From NCBI GenBank assembly GCA_947258985.1, contig CAMYKI010000003.1, positions 24,222 through 88,221 of the forward strand: DNA of 64,000 nt. Direction: 5' to 3'. Below the pieces are notes generated by a model. The model worked only from the letters and a program-made list of their open reading frames with translations, had not been told where the DNA came from and ran no database searches. Source of the DNA: an uncultured Acidimicrobiaceae bacterium. GTDB taxonomy: Bacteria; Actinomycetota; Acidimicrobiia; Spongiisociales; UBA5794. Numbering within the stretch: position 1 is the stretch's first letter; each line of letters opens with the position of its first letter. A program made the translations under genes and the position numbers. This document shows positions 20,237 to 30,033 of the stretch, one piece after another.

Positions 20237-21067
20237 ATGAGGATCTTGATCGTGGGGCCGGGGCGAGCCGGTATGTCATTGGGAATGGCACTTGTCACGG
20301 CCGGTCACAAAGTCGTCGGTGTTGTGGGGCGAACCACGGAGTCGGCCCAGCACGGTGCGGCACTGGTGGGGACCTCCGCATTCACTCTCGATGACCGACT
20401 GCCCGCTTCCGATCTGCTCGTCATTGCTACTCGTGACAGCCAGATCGGTTCGATTGCTACGACCCTTGCCGACAAGGAGCCTGTCGCCGGCGCCGCAGTG
20501 CACGTATCCGGCTTGACCCCGCTCGACGTCCTCGAGCCGCTGCGGTCCATCGACATCGCAGTCGGGTCGTTCCATCCGCTGCAGACGTTGCCTACCCCCG
20601 AGGCGGGAGCGGCCCGGCTGCGCGGCGCCTATGTCGCCGTCACCGCGGAGCCCCCCCTGCTGCACGTTCTCCAGCAGCTCGCCGAGGACATCGGGGCGAC
20701 GCCGTTTCCTCTAGACGACGACGCAAAACCCCTCTATCACGCTGCAGCAGCTGCTGCCGCAAACTTCCCGCTCGCCGCCTTGTCGATGGCCGAGGATCTG
20801 TTTGCGGAAGCGGGCGTTCCCTGGGAGGCGGCCCGTCCGCTCGTCGAGGCCGTGGTAGCGAACGCGTTCGACCTCGGTCCCCGTGCCGCCCTCACCGGAC
20901 CGGTGGCCCGGGGAGACACAGCTACGGTGGCGGCGCAACTCCGCGCCGTCGAGGTCGAGTACCCGGCATGGCGGGTGGGTTTTGCCCGATTTGTCGAAGT
21001 TCTCGCCGCCCTGACCGGCCGATCCGAGGAGTTCGAATCTGTACTCAATGCCGAGGACGATCGCTGA
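20237..21067 (+). CDS. Rossmann-like NAD(P)-binding protein, DUF2520 family (conserved upstream of panC in actinobacteria)
   Basis: MRILIVGPGRAGMSLGMAL GxGxxG motif. Ala-rich C-terminal domain. Stop overlaps the panC ATG. Confidence 0.55.
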   Translation: MRILIVGPGRAGMSLGMALVTAGHKVVGVVGRTTESAQHGAALVGTSAFTLDDRLPASDLLVIATRDSQIGSIATTLADKEPVAGAAVHVSGLTPLDVLEPLRSIDIAVGSFHPLQTLPTPEAGAARLRGAYVAVTAEPPLLHVLQQLAEDIGATPFPLDDDAKPLYHAAAAAAANFPLAALSMAEDLFAEAGVPWEAARPLVEAVVANAFDLGPRAALTGPVARGDTATVAAQLRAVEVEYPAWRVGFARFVEVLAALTGRSEEFESVLNAEDDR

Positions 21068-21966
21068 TGAGGATCACGAAGACATTCGCCGAGACCAGGA
21101 CGGCCACAGCAGGCCGGGTGGGTCTGGTTCCCACCATGGGCTTCCTCCACGAGGGTCATCTATCGCTCATCGAGGCTGCCCGCGACGGAAGCGACACGGT
21201 CGTGATGTCCCTTTTCGTCAATCCGCTCCAGTTCGACCGCGACTCCGATCTCGCCAAATACCCGAAAGATCTCGAGAGGGATGTCGATCTTGCGGCAGCG
21301 GCCGGTGCTGACATCGTCTTTGCCCCCGAGGCAGACGAGATGTATCCCGGTGAGCAGCTCACCAGGGTGAACGTGAACAGGCTCAGCGACGAGATGGAAG
21401 GACCCAACCGGCCCGGCCACTTCGAGGGAGTCGCCACCGTTGTCGCCAAATTGTTGGCCGGGATCCAGCCCGATCGCTCCTACTTCGGTCGCAAGGACGC
21501 ACAACAGCTGGCAATAGTGCGACGGATGGTGTCCGATCTGTCATTTCCCGGTGAAGTTCTAGGTGTACCCATCGTTCGGGAGGCAGAAGGGCTGGCGTTG
21601 TCGAGCCGCAACATCTTTCTGTCGGTCGAGGAGAGAGCAGCCGCCCTCACCCTCAGCAGAGGGCTCCTTGCTGCCGGAGACCTGGCGGAAGCCGGAGAGC
21701 GTGACGCCGGCCGGCTCATTGCCGCGGTGCTCGTAGAGATCGGAACGGCGCCGGATATCTCGCTTGAATACGTGACCCTAGCGAGCCAAGAATTGGTGCA
21801 ACCGCTCGACGAACTCGATCGTCCTGCTTTCCTCGCAGTGGCGGCATGGTCCGGGGGGACGCGGTTGATCGACAACGTCCACTTTGATGGGGACGAGGCT
21901 GGGTTCGTGGCGGACCGCGGATCGAGGCTCAAAACGAAGAGCATTCTGTACGGAGGAGAAGGTTGA
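21067..21966 (+). CDS. panC: pantoate--beta-alanine ligase
   Basis: VPTMGFLHEGHLSLI HIGH-type motif and the GRKDAQQLAIVRRMV region. ATG at 21067 overlaps the upstream stop. Confidence 0.85.
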   Translation: MRITKTFAETRTATAGRVGLVPTMGFLHEGHLSLIEAARDGSDTVVMSLFVNPLQFDRDSDLAKYPKDLERDVDLAAAAGADIVFAPEADEMYPGEQLTRVNVNRLSDEMEGPNRPGHFEGVATVVAKLLAGIQPDRSYFGRKDAQQLAIVRRMVSDLSFPGEVLGVPIVREAEGLALSSRNIFLSVEERAAALTLSRGLLAAGDLAEAGERDAGRLIAAVLVEIGTAPDISLEYVTLASQELVQPLDELDRPAFLAVAAWSGGTRLIDNVHFDGDEAGFVADRGSRLKTKSILYGGEG

Positions 21967-22733
21967 TGCTGCTGGCAATCGACATCGGCAACACGCAGAC
22001 GGCGGTTGGTCTCCTGGACGGGTCCGACGTGCTGGCTCATTGGCGTCTCACCACCGTGGCCGACCGCACCGAGGATGAGTTGCGGGTTTATCTGACGGGT
22101 CTTCTGGACCTGGAAGGTTACGAACTCGGCGACATCTCCGGTGTTGCGCTCTCCAGCGTGGTCCCGGCCTTGACCGCGGCGTTCCGACACGTCGCGAGGT
22201 TCATCACTGATGGGCAGATCGTGATTGTCGGGCCCGGGGTGAAGACCGGAATGCCGATCCTCATCGACAACCCACGGGAAGTCGGGGCCGACAGGATCGC
22301 CAATGCTGTAGCCGCCAAGGCTCGTCACGGCTCGCCGGTTGTGGTGGTCGACTTCGGCACATCAACAAACTTCGATGTCGTTAGTGGCGGCGGCGAGTAC
22401 CTCGGCGGAGTGATCGCACCGGGTCTGCACATCGCAACCAACGCTCTCATTTCCGGTACCGCTGCATTGCGCAGGGTCGAGTATGTGCCACCACGGTCTC
22501 CGATCGGGAAAGGCACAGTCGAGGCTATTCAGAGTGGAGCCCTCTACGGTCACGCCGGCCTTGTCGATGGGATCATGGAACGGATCGCGGGAGAGTTCGA
22601 CGGGGACGTGACCAGGATCGCCACCGGGGGCCTGGCGCCTACCATCGTTCCTCATTGTTCGAGCGTCTCGAAGATCGACGAATTCCTGACCCTCGAGGGT
22701 CTCCGCACCATCTACGAGTTGAACACCACATGA
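21966..22733 (+). CDS. coaX: type III pantothenate kinase
   Basis: LLAIDIGNTQTAVGL N-terminal motif and the ...DFGTSTNFD region. Confidence 0.85.
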   Translation: MLLAIDIGNTQTAVGLLDGSDVLAHWRLTTVADRTEDELRVYLTGLLDLEGYELGDISGVALSSVVPALTAAFRHVARFITDGQIVIVGPGVKTGMPILIDNPREVGADRIANAVAAKARHGSPVVVVDFGTSTNFDVVSGGGEYLGGVIAPGLHIATNALISGTAALRRVEYVPPRSPIGKGTVEAIQSGALYGHAGLVDGIMERIAGEFDGDVTRIATGGLAPTIVPHCSSVSKIDEFLTLEGLRTIYELNTT

Positions 22734-24241
22734 GCGACGAACCAGAGATCCAAGAGCCGAGTCCCGACGGCGGGCTGGCCGATCACCCTCTCACGGCACA
22801 GCGGCTCGCCAAGCACGAGACGACGCTGGCCGGCGAGGGGTATCCGTACCGCTTCGATCGCACCAAGTACGCCGGGGATTTGCATGAGGCGTACGGGTCG
22901 CTCGAGCCGGGTACGGAAACTGAGGACCGGGCCGCTGTCGCCGGGCGGCTCATGGCGATGCGCCGCATGGGCAAGCTGATCTTTGCCGTGCTCCAGGACA
23001 CCACCGGCCGGATCCAGCTGTTCGTCGATAAGCGCACACTTGGTGACGATGCATTTGCTGCGTTCGATGACTTGGGCATCGGTGACTGGGTTGGTGCCTC
23101 GGGTGTTGTCATCACCACCAAGAAGGGTGAGGTCAGCGTTCGCATCAATGACTTCGAGTTGCTTTCCCGGGCACTGCGTCCGCTGCCGGACAAGTGGCAT
23201 GGGCTCCAGGACACCGAGATGCGGAGCCGGCGGCGCTACGTCGACCTGATGGTCAACGACGATGCCCGCAGGACCGCGATGATGCGAGCCAGGATCGTCA
23301 GCGAGCTACGCCGTCAGTTCGAGGCACGTGGCTACATCGAGGTGGAAACTCCGGTGCTGCTCAACCAGGCCACCGGAGCCCTGGCCAAGCCGTTCCAGAC
23401 TCACCACAACGCACTCGAACAGGACATGTATCTGCGTATCGCCACCGAGCTGTATCTGAAGCGGCTGGTGGTCGGCGGGCTGGAGCGAGTGTTCGAGATC
23501 GGGCGCATCTTCAGAAACGAGGGAGTCGACTCCACGCACAATCCCGAGTTCACGATGCTCGAATCGTATGAGGCGTTCGCCGACTACAACGACATCATGG
23601 ACATGGTCGAGGAGATGATCCGGGCCTGCGCAATCGTGGCGACCGGCTCAACTGAGATCACCTATCAAGACCGCACGCTGGATCTGGGCAAACCCTTCCG
23701 CCGGGTGCGGATGGTTGACCTCGTTGCCCAGGCAACCGGCGAGGAGATGGACTTTGACCGGCCCCTCGACGAAATGCGAGCCCTGGCCGAAAAGCATGGC
23801 ATCGACGTCGATGGCACCTGGGGCCATGGCAAGATCATCGACCAGCTGTTCGAGGAACTCGTCGCAGACGAGATCTGGGAGCCCACGTACGTGCTCGACC
23901 ATCCCAAGGAGATTTCGCCGCTGGCCCGGGAGCATCGTGACGATCCAAATCTCACTGAGCGCTACGAGCTCTTCATCGCCGGCTCCGAGTACGCGAACGC
24001 TTTCTCCGAGTTGAACGACCCGCTCGACCAGCGGCTCCGCTTCGAGCAACAAGCGGCCGCAAGGGCCGAGGGTGATGATGAGGCACACCCCATCGACGAG
24101 GACTACATCCTTGCTCTCGAGTACGGGCTGCCGCCCACCGGCGGGCTTGGTATTGGTGTTGATCGTCTAGTCATGCTGCTCACCGACCAGCACCACATCC
24201 GCGAAGTGATCCTCTTTCCAACCCTGCGGCCGGAGGCCTAG
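22730..24241 (+). CDS. lysS: lysine--tRNA ligase (class II)
   Basis: OB-fold anticodon-binding N-domain, class II motifs (FRNEG, GLGIGVDRLVML). ATG at 22730 overlaps the coaX stop. Confidence 0.9.
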   Translation: MSDEPEIQEPSPDGGLADHPLTAQRLAKHETTLAGEGYPYRFDRTKYAGDLHEAYGSLEPGTETEDRAAVAGRLMAMRRMGKLIFAVLQDTTGRIQLFVDKRTLGDDAFAAFDDLGIGDWVGASGVVITTKKGEVSVRINDFELLSRALRPLPDKWHGLQDTEMRSRRRYVDLMVNDDARRTAMMRARIVSELRRQFEARGYIEVETPVLLNQATGALAKPFQTHHNALEQDMYLRIATELYLKRLVVGGLERVFEIGRIFRNEGVDSTHNPEFTMLESYEAFADYNDIMDMVEEMIRACAIVATGSTEITYQDRTLDLGKPFRRVRMVDLVAQATGEEMDFDRPLDEMRALAEKHGIDVDGTWGHGKIIDQLFEELVADEIWEPTYVLDHPKEISPLAREHRDDPNLTERYELFIAGSEYANAFSELNDPLDQRLRFEQQAAARAEGDDEAHPIDEDYILALEYGLPPTGGLGIGVDRLVMLLTDQHHIREVILFPTLRPEA

Positions 24242-24376
24242 CGGTTCTTGCGTCGCAAAACGGAACATATTCCGGTGAGGGACGCCAAAAGCAAGAAGGT
24301 CCGGTGCGAGGGCCAGGGAGCACGCCAAGGCAAGGAGCCGAAACGGTACCCTGATGGCAGCGCACGAAAGGCTGCC

Positions 24377-26308
24377 ATGACGGTCACTGCCCCATACGGA
24401 TCGTGGGAATCGCCGATAACGATCTCGATGCTCACAGAGGCCGGTGTCGGTCTGGGCGGGGTAACAACCGACGGCGGCGATCTCTACTGGCTGGAAGGCC
24501 GGGCGCTCGAGGGTGGGCGGCAGGCGATCGTGCGCCGTGACGCCCACGGTACCGTTGCCGATGTGACTCCGGAGGGCTTCAATTCTCGCTCCCGGGTGCA
24601 CGAGTACGGTGGCGGTTCCTATGCGGTCCAAGATGGCGTCCTGATCTCCTGCAGCTTCGAAGATCAGCGGGTGTATCGAATCGCAGACGGCGAACCGATG
24701 GCTATCACCCCGGAGCCAAAGATCCCGGCCGGCGACCGTTACGCCGACTTCGTCTTCCACGGGGATCTCGTCATATGCGTACGGGAGCGCCACAAGAAGG
24801 ACGGAGAACCGGTCAACACCCTGGTTGCATTTCCTCTCGACGGTTCCGACAAGCCGCGCACCATCACAAAAGGCCACGACTTCTACTCGTCACCGCGGGT
24901 CAGCCCCGACGGGTCCCGGATAGCCTGGCTGTCGTGGGATCACCCCAACATGCCCTGGGACGGCACCGAGCTGTGGTGTGCGGCTCTGGCTGAGGACGGC
25001 ACCGTCTCGGAACCGGAACTGATTGCCGGCGGAGTCGAAGAATCGATCTTCCAGCCTGAATGGTCACCGGGCGGGGTCCTCCACTTCGTGTCGGACAAGA
25101 CCGGCTGGTGGAATCTGTTCCGGCTTGTCGACGGGCACACGGAAGCACTGCACCTCTTGGACGCCGAAATGGGCGAACCGGCATGGGTCTTTGGCTTGCG
25201 CCGCTATGGATTCCTGCTCGAGGACCGCATCTTCACGATGTACTACGAAGATGGCTTCAGCCGTGTCGCCGTGCTCGAGGATGCCAGTCTGCGTCAGCTG
25301 CACGTGCCTTTCGAACACTTCGGGCATTCCCTGGGCACCTGCGGCGACCAGGTGTTCACGACCGCCGGCGGTGGTTCGAAGCCGATGGCAGTGGTGCGTA
25401 TCGATGTGGATACCGAGGCTGTCAAGGTGGTCAAAGAGAGCTTGCAGATCGAGCTCGATCCGGCGCTGATCAGTCTCCCGGAGGCTGTCGAGTTCGAAAC
25501 CACAGACGGCGCCGTTGCCCACGCCTTCTACTACCCGCCTCGCAATCCCGACTTCATCGCACCTGACGGCGAGAAGCCACCGCTGATCGTTTTCAGTCAC
25601 GGCGGGCCGACCGCCGCAACGTCACCCGAGCTGGACCTCAACTATCAATTCTGGACGTCACGGGGGTTTGCCCTGGTGGATGTCAACTACCGGGGCTCAA
25701 CAGGGTACGGGCGGGAATACCGCAATGCCTTGCGCGGTGAGTGGGGAATCGCCGATCTCGACGACTGTGTGAGTGCCGCTCTGCACCTCGCCGACGACGG
25801 TCACGTCGATCCGGAGCGGATGGCCATTCGTGGTGGCAGCGCCGGCGGCTACACGACCTTGTGCGCCCTTGCGTTCACCGATGTGTTCGCCGCGGGTGCG
25901 TCCTACTTCGGTGTGGGTGACCTGGCCGCACTTGCGACCGACACACATAAGTTCGAGTCGCGGTATCTCGACAGCATGATCGGTCCCTATCCCGAGGCTG
26001 CCGATGTGTATGAGGAGCGCTCGCCGCTGCACAATGTTGACGGCTTCTCTTGCCCGGTCATACTGCTGCAGGGCCTGGACGACCGGGTGGTTCCGCCGCC
26101 ACAGGCGGAGGAAATCGTTGCTGCGCTCGATGCCATGGGGATCCCGCATGCATACGTTGCCTTTGAAGGTGAGGGTCACGGGTTCCGCAAGGCGGAGAAC
26201 ATCGAACGAGCCCGGGAAGCAGAGTTCTTCTTCTACTCCAGTGTGTTCGGATTCGATCCCGCCGACGATCTAGATCCGGTGGAGATCACACACGCCGACG
26301 CCCTCTGA
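24377..26308 (+). CDS. S9 family serine peptidase (prolyl oligopeptidase/acylaminoacyl-peptidase-like)
   Basis: N-terminal beta-propeller-like region. C-terminal alpha/beta hydrolase with the catalytic GGSAGG nucleophile motif and the PPLIVFSHGGP region. Confidence 0.75.
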   Translation: MTVTAPYGSWESPITISMLTEAGVGLGGVTTDGGDLYWLEGRALEGGRQAIVRRDAHGTVADVTPEGFNSRSRVHEYGGGSYAVQDGVLISCSFEDQRVYRIADGEPMAITPEPKIPAGDRYADFVFHGDLVICVRERHKKDGEPVNTLVAFPLDGSDKPRTITKGHDFYSSPRVSPDGSRIAWLSWDHPNMPWDGTELWCAALAEDGTVSEPELIAGGVEESIFQPEWSPGGVLHFVSDKTGWWNLFRLVDGHTEALHLLDAEMGEPAWVFGLRRYGFLLEDRIFTMYYEDGFSRVAVLEDASLRQLHVPFEHFGHSLGTCGDQVFTTAGGGSKPMAVVRIDVDTEAVKVVKESLQIELDPALISLPEAVEFETTDGAVAHAFYYPPRNPDFIAPDGEKPPLIVFSHGGPTAATSPELDLNYQFWTSRGFALVDVNYRGSTGYGREYRNALRGEWGIADLDDCVSAALHLADDGHVDPERMAIRGGSAGGYTTLCALAFTDVFAAGASYFGVGDLAALATDTHKFESRYLDSMIGPYPEAADVYEERSPLHNVDGFSCPVILLQGLDDRVVPPPQAEEIVAALDAMGIPHAYVAFEGEGHGFRKAENIERAREAEFFFYSSVFGFDPADDLDPVEITHADAL

Positions 26309-26369
26309 AGACGGTCCCCGGCCGTCCGTTGGAGCCCACAATGCACCGTTCCTGGTACCTTGATGAGCC

Positions 26370-29300
26370 GTGATATCCACGATCCCAACACGCTTTGCCA
26401 TCGTTGCGCTCGCGGTGGTCCTTCTGACGGCGGCCTGCACATCTGGTACCGGCGACGAGACCACAACCTCGACATCGGCTGAACCGGCGACGACGACGGC
26501 AGCGCCGTCAACTACGACAACCAAGCCTCCGCCGGACCCGAGCGAAGGGCTGTATCTGATGCTGATGTGGCATCAGCATCAGCCGTTGTATCCGGAAAAC
26601 GAGGAGGGCTATGTGACCCGGCCATGGACCCGGGTGCACGCCACAAAGGACTACTACGACATGGCGGCCACGGTCGCCGAGTACCCCGACGTTCACGTCA
26701 CGTTCAACCTCACCCCGGTGTTGCTCGGGCAACTCGAAGCGCTGGCCAACGGCACGAAGGACGTCTATTGGGCTATGACCGAGATCCCGGCCGATGAACT
26801 CACCGAGGAGCAGCGGACCTTCATCATCGACCGCTTCTTCGACACCAACGCACGAATCGTCGCTCGCTTCCCCCGCTATCAGGAGTTGATTGAACGGCGC
26901 GACCGGCCGGAGAGTTTCACCACCGCCGATGTGCGCGATCTGCAGCTTCTGTTCAACCTTGCCTGGACCGACCCCTCGTTCCTCGTTTCCGAGCCGCTGG
27001 CGGGTCTCGTCGCCAAGGAGCGGGATTACACCGAAGAGGACAAGGCGTTGGTTCTCGCGGAGCATGAGCGCATCATTGCCGGGGTCATCCCGATTCACGC
27101 AGAGTTGTGGGACAGCGGTCAGATCGAGGTCGCCACCACGCCGCTCGCTCACCCCATCCTGCCGCTCGTTGCGGACACCCAACTCGCCCTCGTTGGTGAT
27201 CCCACCGGCGTTCAGCCGGAAAATCGGTTCCGACAGCCGCTCGATGCCGTCAATCAGGTTGCCTTCGGGCTCGGCGAAGCGGAGCGACTGTTGGGACGCC
27301 GCCCTGTGGGGATGTGGCCGGGTGAGGGCGCGGTCGCACAGGAAGTCATGGGCATGTTCAGTTCGAACGGTGTGGAGTGGGTTGCAACCGGCGAGGATGT
27401 TCTTGCGAAGACCCTCGACATCGGCAGTTTCAGCAGGGATGCCGACGATCTGGTCGTGGAGGCAGCGTCGCTGTACAAAATCCACGCCGCCGATCTGAGC
27501 CGACAGAGCGATGTCCCGATGTTCTTCCGCGACGTCGTGCTCTCGGACCGCATCGCTTTTGAGTATTCGGGCACCCCGGCCGCAGCCGCGGCGGACGACT
27601 TCATGGATCGGCTTGACGCTATCGACGCTGCTCTCGACGCAGCCGATGTTCCCGGGCCAAAGGTGGTGTCGGTGGTTCTCGACGGCGAGAACGCATGGGA
27701 GCACTACGAGAACGACGGGATCGACTTCCTCAACGCTCTGTACTCCCGTCTGTCCGATTCGGATGTTGTCACCACGGTGACGCCAAGTGAGCTGCTGGCC
27801 ATCTTCCCCGACGCCCCCGAGCCGCTTCCGCAGGTGTTCCCGGCGTCATGGTTTGAGCCCAACTTCGCCAATTGGATCGGCGAAGTGCAGGAGGCCCGAG
27901 CCTGGGACTACCTGTATCGGACTCGAGCCGATTTCGGAAGGGCGGAGCGCAGCGGCCAGGTCGACGCCGAAGCGTTGGCGGAGGCCTACGAGGCGATGCT
28001 ATTCGCCGAGGGATCCGATTGGTTCTGGTGGTATGGAGCTGACGAGGAATCCGGCGACGATGGCTACTTCGATAGCGCCTTCAGGGAGCTTCTCGGCCGG
28101 GTGTACGACGCCATCGGCGAGGACCGGCCCGATTTCACCCGGATACCGATTATTCCCCAGCCCTTCGTCGAACCGGACCGGGCTCTTACGGAACTGACCA
28201 CCATCGAGATCGACAACGATGTGGCTACCCCCGACTGGGAGACGGGAGGCCGCTACGAGCTTGCCGGGGGCGAGTTGGTTGGTTCGATCGACTACGCCTT
28301 CGACAAGAAGAACCTTTTCCTTCGTATTGATTTCGTGGAGGAAGTGCTCGGGCGGGACAATCTGTCGTTCGAGCTGTACCTGGGTTTCCCGGAGGCGGTT
28401 GATAGCTACGGTCTGACCAGCGCCGGTTCGGTGTTGGGCTTCGAGGCGACCCATCTGCTCAAGTGGAGCGGGCGCGATCCGGTCACGCTGGCGGGCCCGC
28501 TGGTGCACACCGCGCGAGGTTCCGAAGAGGACATAACGACCGAAGCGGGCTTCGACGGCGAGAGCATCGAACTCGCCTTGTCCATCGAAGGCCTCCCGGC
28601 GATTGAAGCCGGGGACCGCGTCGGCTTCCGTGTTGTCGAAACCAGTGGTGGGCCCGAAAGTCAGCTGCTTCCGATGGTCGGTCCCGGCTACCTGCAGGTG
28701 CCCGACATCTCAGATCTGGAGCCCCTGTTCGAGCTAGTCGACCCCGCAGGTGACGACTACGGACCCGGCGGGTACGTCTATCCACAGGACGTCCTCTTCG
28801 TTGAAGGTTCCTACGACCTCTCAGAGTTCTCCGTCGGCCTCTCGGGAGAGGACACGGTCGTCTTCACCTTCGATGTGGATGCGCCGATCGCCAACCCGTG
28901 GGGGAGTCCTGCCGGGTACTCGATTCAGACGTTCGACATGTACATCGACACAGATCCGGGTGCCGGTACCGGGGCGCGCTTGCTTCTTCCGGGGCGCAAC
29001 GCCGCGCTCGAGTCGGGTAACGGCTGGGAGTATGCGTTGACGCTCGAAGGCTGGGATCCGGCTTTGTACCTTGCGGATGCCGCCGGGAACACCGAAGAGA
29101 CCAAGCCGACTTTCAAGATGATCACGGATCCGGAAGGTTCCGTCACCGCTCGTCTGCCAATCGAGTTGTTTGGTGGGAGTGACCCGGCGACCTGGGGTTA
29201 TGCGGTCGTCCTGATGTCGCAGGAGGGCTTCCCGTCGTCTGGAGTTCGCCGGGTCCGCGACATCCTCCCCGAGGCCGAGCAGTGGCGCGGCGGCGGCGCG

Positions 29301-29453
29301 CCGGACGACGCCAACCACACCCGCATTTACGACCTTCTCCACCCCGAATCGGGAGTCCAGGAGGAGCTGCTCGGCGGGTATGAGTCGGCGGATTCGCTCG
29401 ACGGTCTCACCCCCGACGACTTCCCGCAAGTCCCGATCATTCAGGCGGAGTAG
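26370..29453 (+). CDS. glycoside hydrolase family 57 protein with lipoprotein signal and large C-terminal extension
   Basis: The lipobox LTAAC comes after a hydrophobic leader. A Thr/Pro-rich linker follows. The GH57 signature MLMWHQHQPLY is present, and about 600 aa of additional domains follow the catalytic core. Confidence 0.7.
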   Translation: MISTIPTRFAIVALAVVLLTAACTSGTGDETTTSTSAEPATTTAAPSTTTTKPPPDPSEGLYLMLMWHQHQPLYPENEEGYVTRPWTRVHATKDYYDMAATVAEYPDVHVTFNLTPVLLGQLEALANGTKDVYWAMTEIPADELTEEQRTFIIDRFFDTNARIVARFPRYQELIERRDRPESFTTADVRDLQLLFNLAWTDPSFLVSEPLAGLVAKERDYTEEDKALVLAEHERIIAGVIPIHAELWDSGQIEVATTPLAHPILPLVADTQLALVGDPTGVQPENRFRQPLDAVNQVAFGLGEAERLLGRRPVGMWPGEGAVAQEVMGMFSSNGVEWVATGEDVLAKTLDIGSFSRDADDLVVEAASLYKIHAADLSRQSDVPMFFRDVVLSDRIAFEYSGTPAAAAADDFMDRLDAIDAALDAADVPGPKVVSVVLDGENAWEHYENDGIDFLNALYSRLSDSDVVTTVTPSELLAIFPDAPEPLPQVFPASWFEPNFANWIGEVQEARAWDYLYRTRADFGRAERSGQVDAEALAEAYEAMLFAEGSDWFWWYGADEESGDDGYFDSAFRELLGRVYDAIGEDRPDFTRIPIIPQPFVEPDRALTELTTIEIDNDVATPDWETGGRYELAGGELVGSIDYAFDKKNLFLRIDFVEEVLGRDNLSFELYLGFPEAVDSYGLTSAGSVLGFEATHLLKWSGRDPVTLAGPLVHTARGSEEDITTEAGFDGESIELALSIEGLPAIEAGDRVGFRVVETSGGPESQLLPMVGPGYLQVPDISDLEPLFELVDPAGDDYGPGGYVYPQDVLFVEGSYDLSEFSVGLSGEDTVVFTFDVDAPIANPWGSPAGYSIQTFDMYIDTDPGAGTGARLLLPGRNAALESGNGWEYALTLEGWDPALYLADAAGNTEETKPTFKMITDPEGSVTARLPIELFGGSDPATWGYAVVLMSQEGFPSSGVRRVRDILPEAEQWRGGGAPDDANHTRIYDLLHPESGVQEELLGGYESADSLDGLTPDDFPQVPIIQAE

Positions 29454-29471
29454 CCCGCCCCGCCGCTTCTA

Positions 29472-29969
29472 TCAGGCCTGGCTGCGCCTCAGTTTGGCCT
29501 TGGTCCTGGTGAAGGTGTTGAACGCGTTGGTGATAGCTCTATCACGTCTGGATCCTTCGGGCGGGAGCAAGCCGATCTGTCGGGCAAACTCCAATCCGTC
29601 GTAGTAGATCGTGTTGTGGACGAGAAGATCAGCCTCGAACTCCATCACGTCGATTCCCCGAATAGACACCCGCCGTCCCGTCGGTGCCATCCCGGCAAAC
29701 GTGCCGCCCGTGAAAGTGCCCTCAATCAGCCATTGTCCGACGGCAGTGCGGTCGTCGACGGGCATGATTCGCTCGATGATGAAGCTCAGGTCGGGAAACG
29801 CGACAAACATCTCGCTGAAGAACTCCTTGACGGCCATCTTGCCCTGGATAGGTCCGAGAACGATGAAATCTTCGACGACGTCCTCGTGGTGGGTGGCGGC
29901 GAGTGCTTCGGGGTCCTTGTTTGCGATTGCGGAGAACGAACGTTCCGTCAAGGTCGCTGAGTCTGCCAT
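29472..29969 (-). CDS. NTF2/SnoaL-like (ester cyclase family) protein
   Basis: 165 aa. Pattern HEDVVEDF...GKMAVKEFF...FPD resembles SnoaL-like polyketide cyclase/NTF2 folds. Confidence 0.5.
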   Translation of the reverse strand: MADSATLTERSFSAIANKDPEALAATHHEDVVEDFIVLGPIQGKMAVKEFFSEMFVAFPDLSFIIERIMPVDDRTAVGQWLIEGTFTGGTFAGMAPTGRRVSIRGIDVMEFEADLLVHNTIYYDGLEFARQIGLLPPEGSRRDRAITNAFNTFTRTKAKLRRSQA

Positions 29970-30033
29970 GCGCTGTCCCTTCGGTCGCTAGGACCAAAAC
30001 TACCCCTCGCGTGATCGGGGTGGAGGTTGGCGG

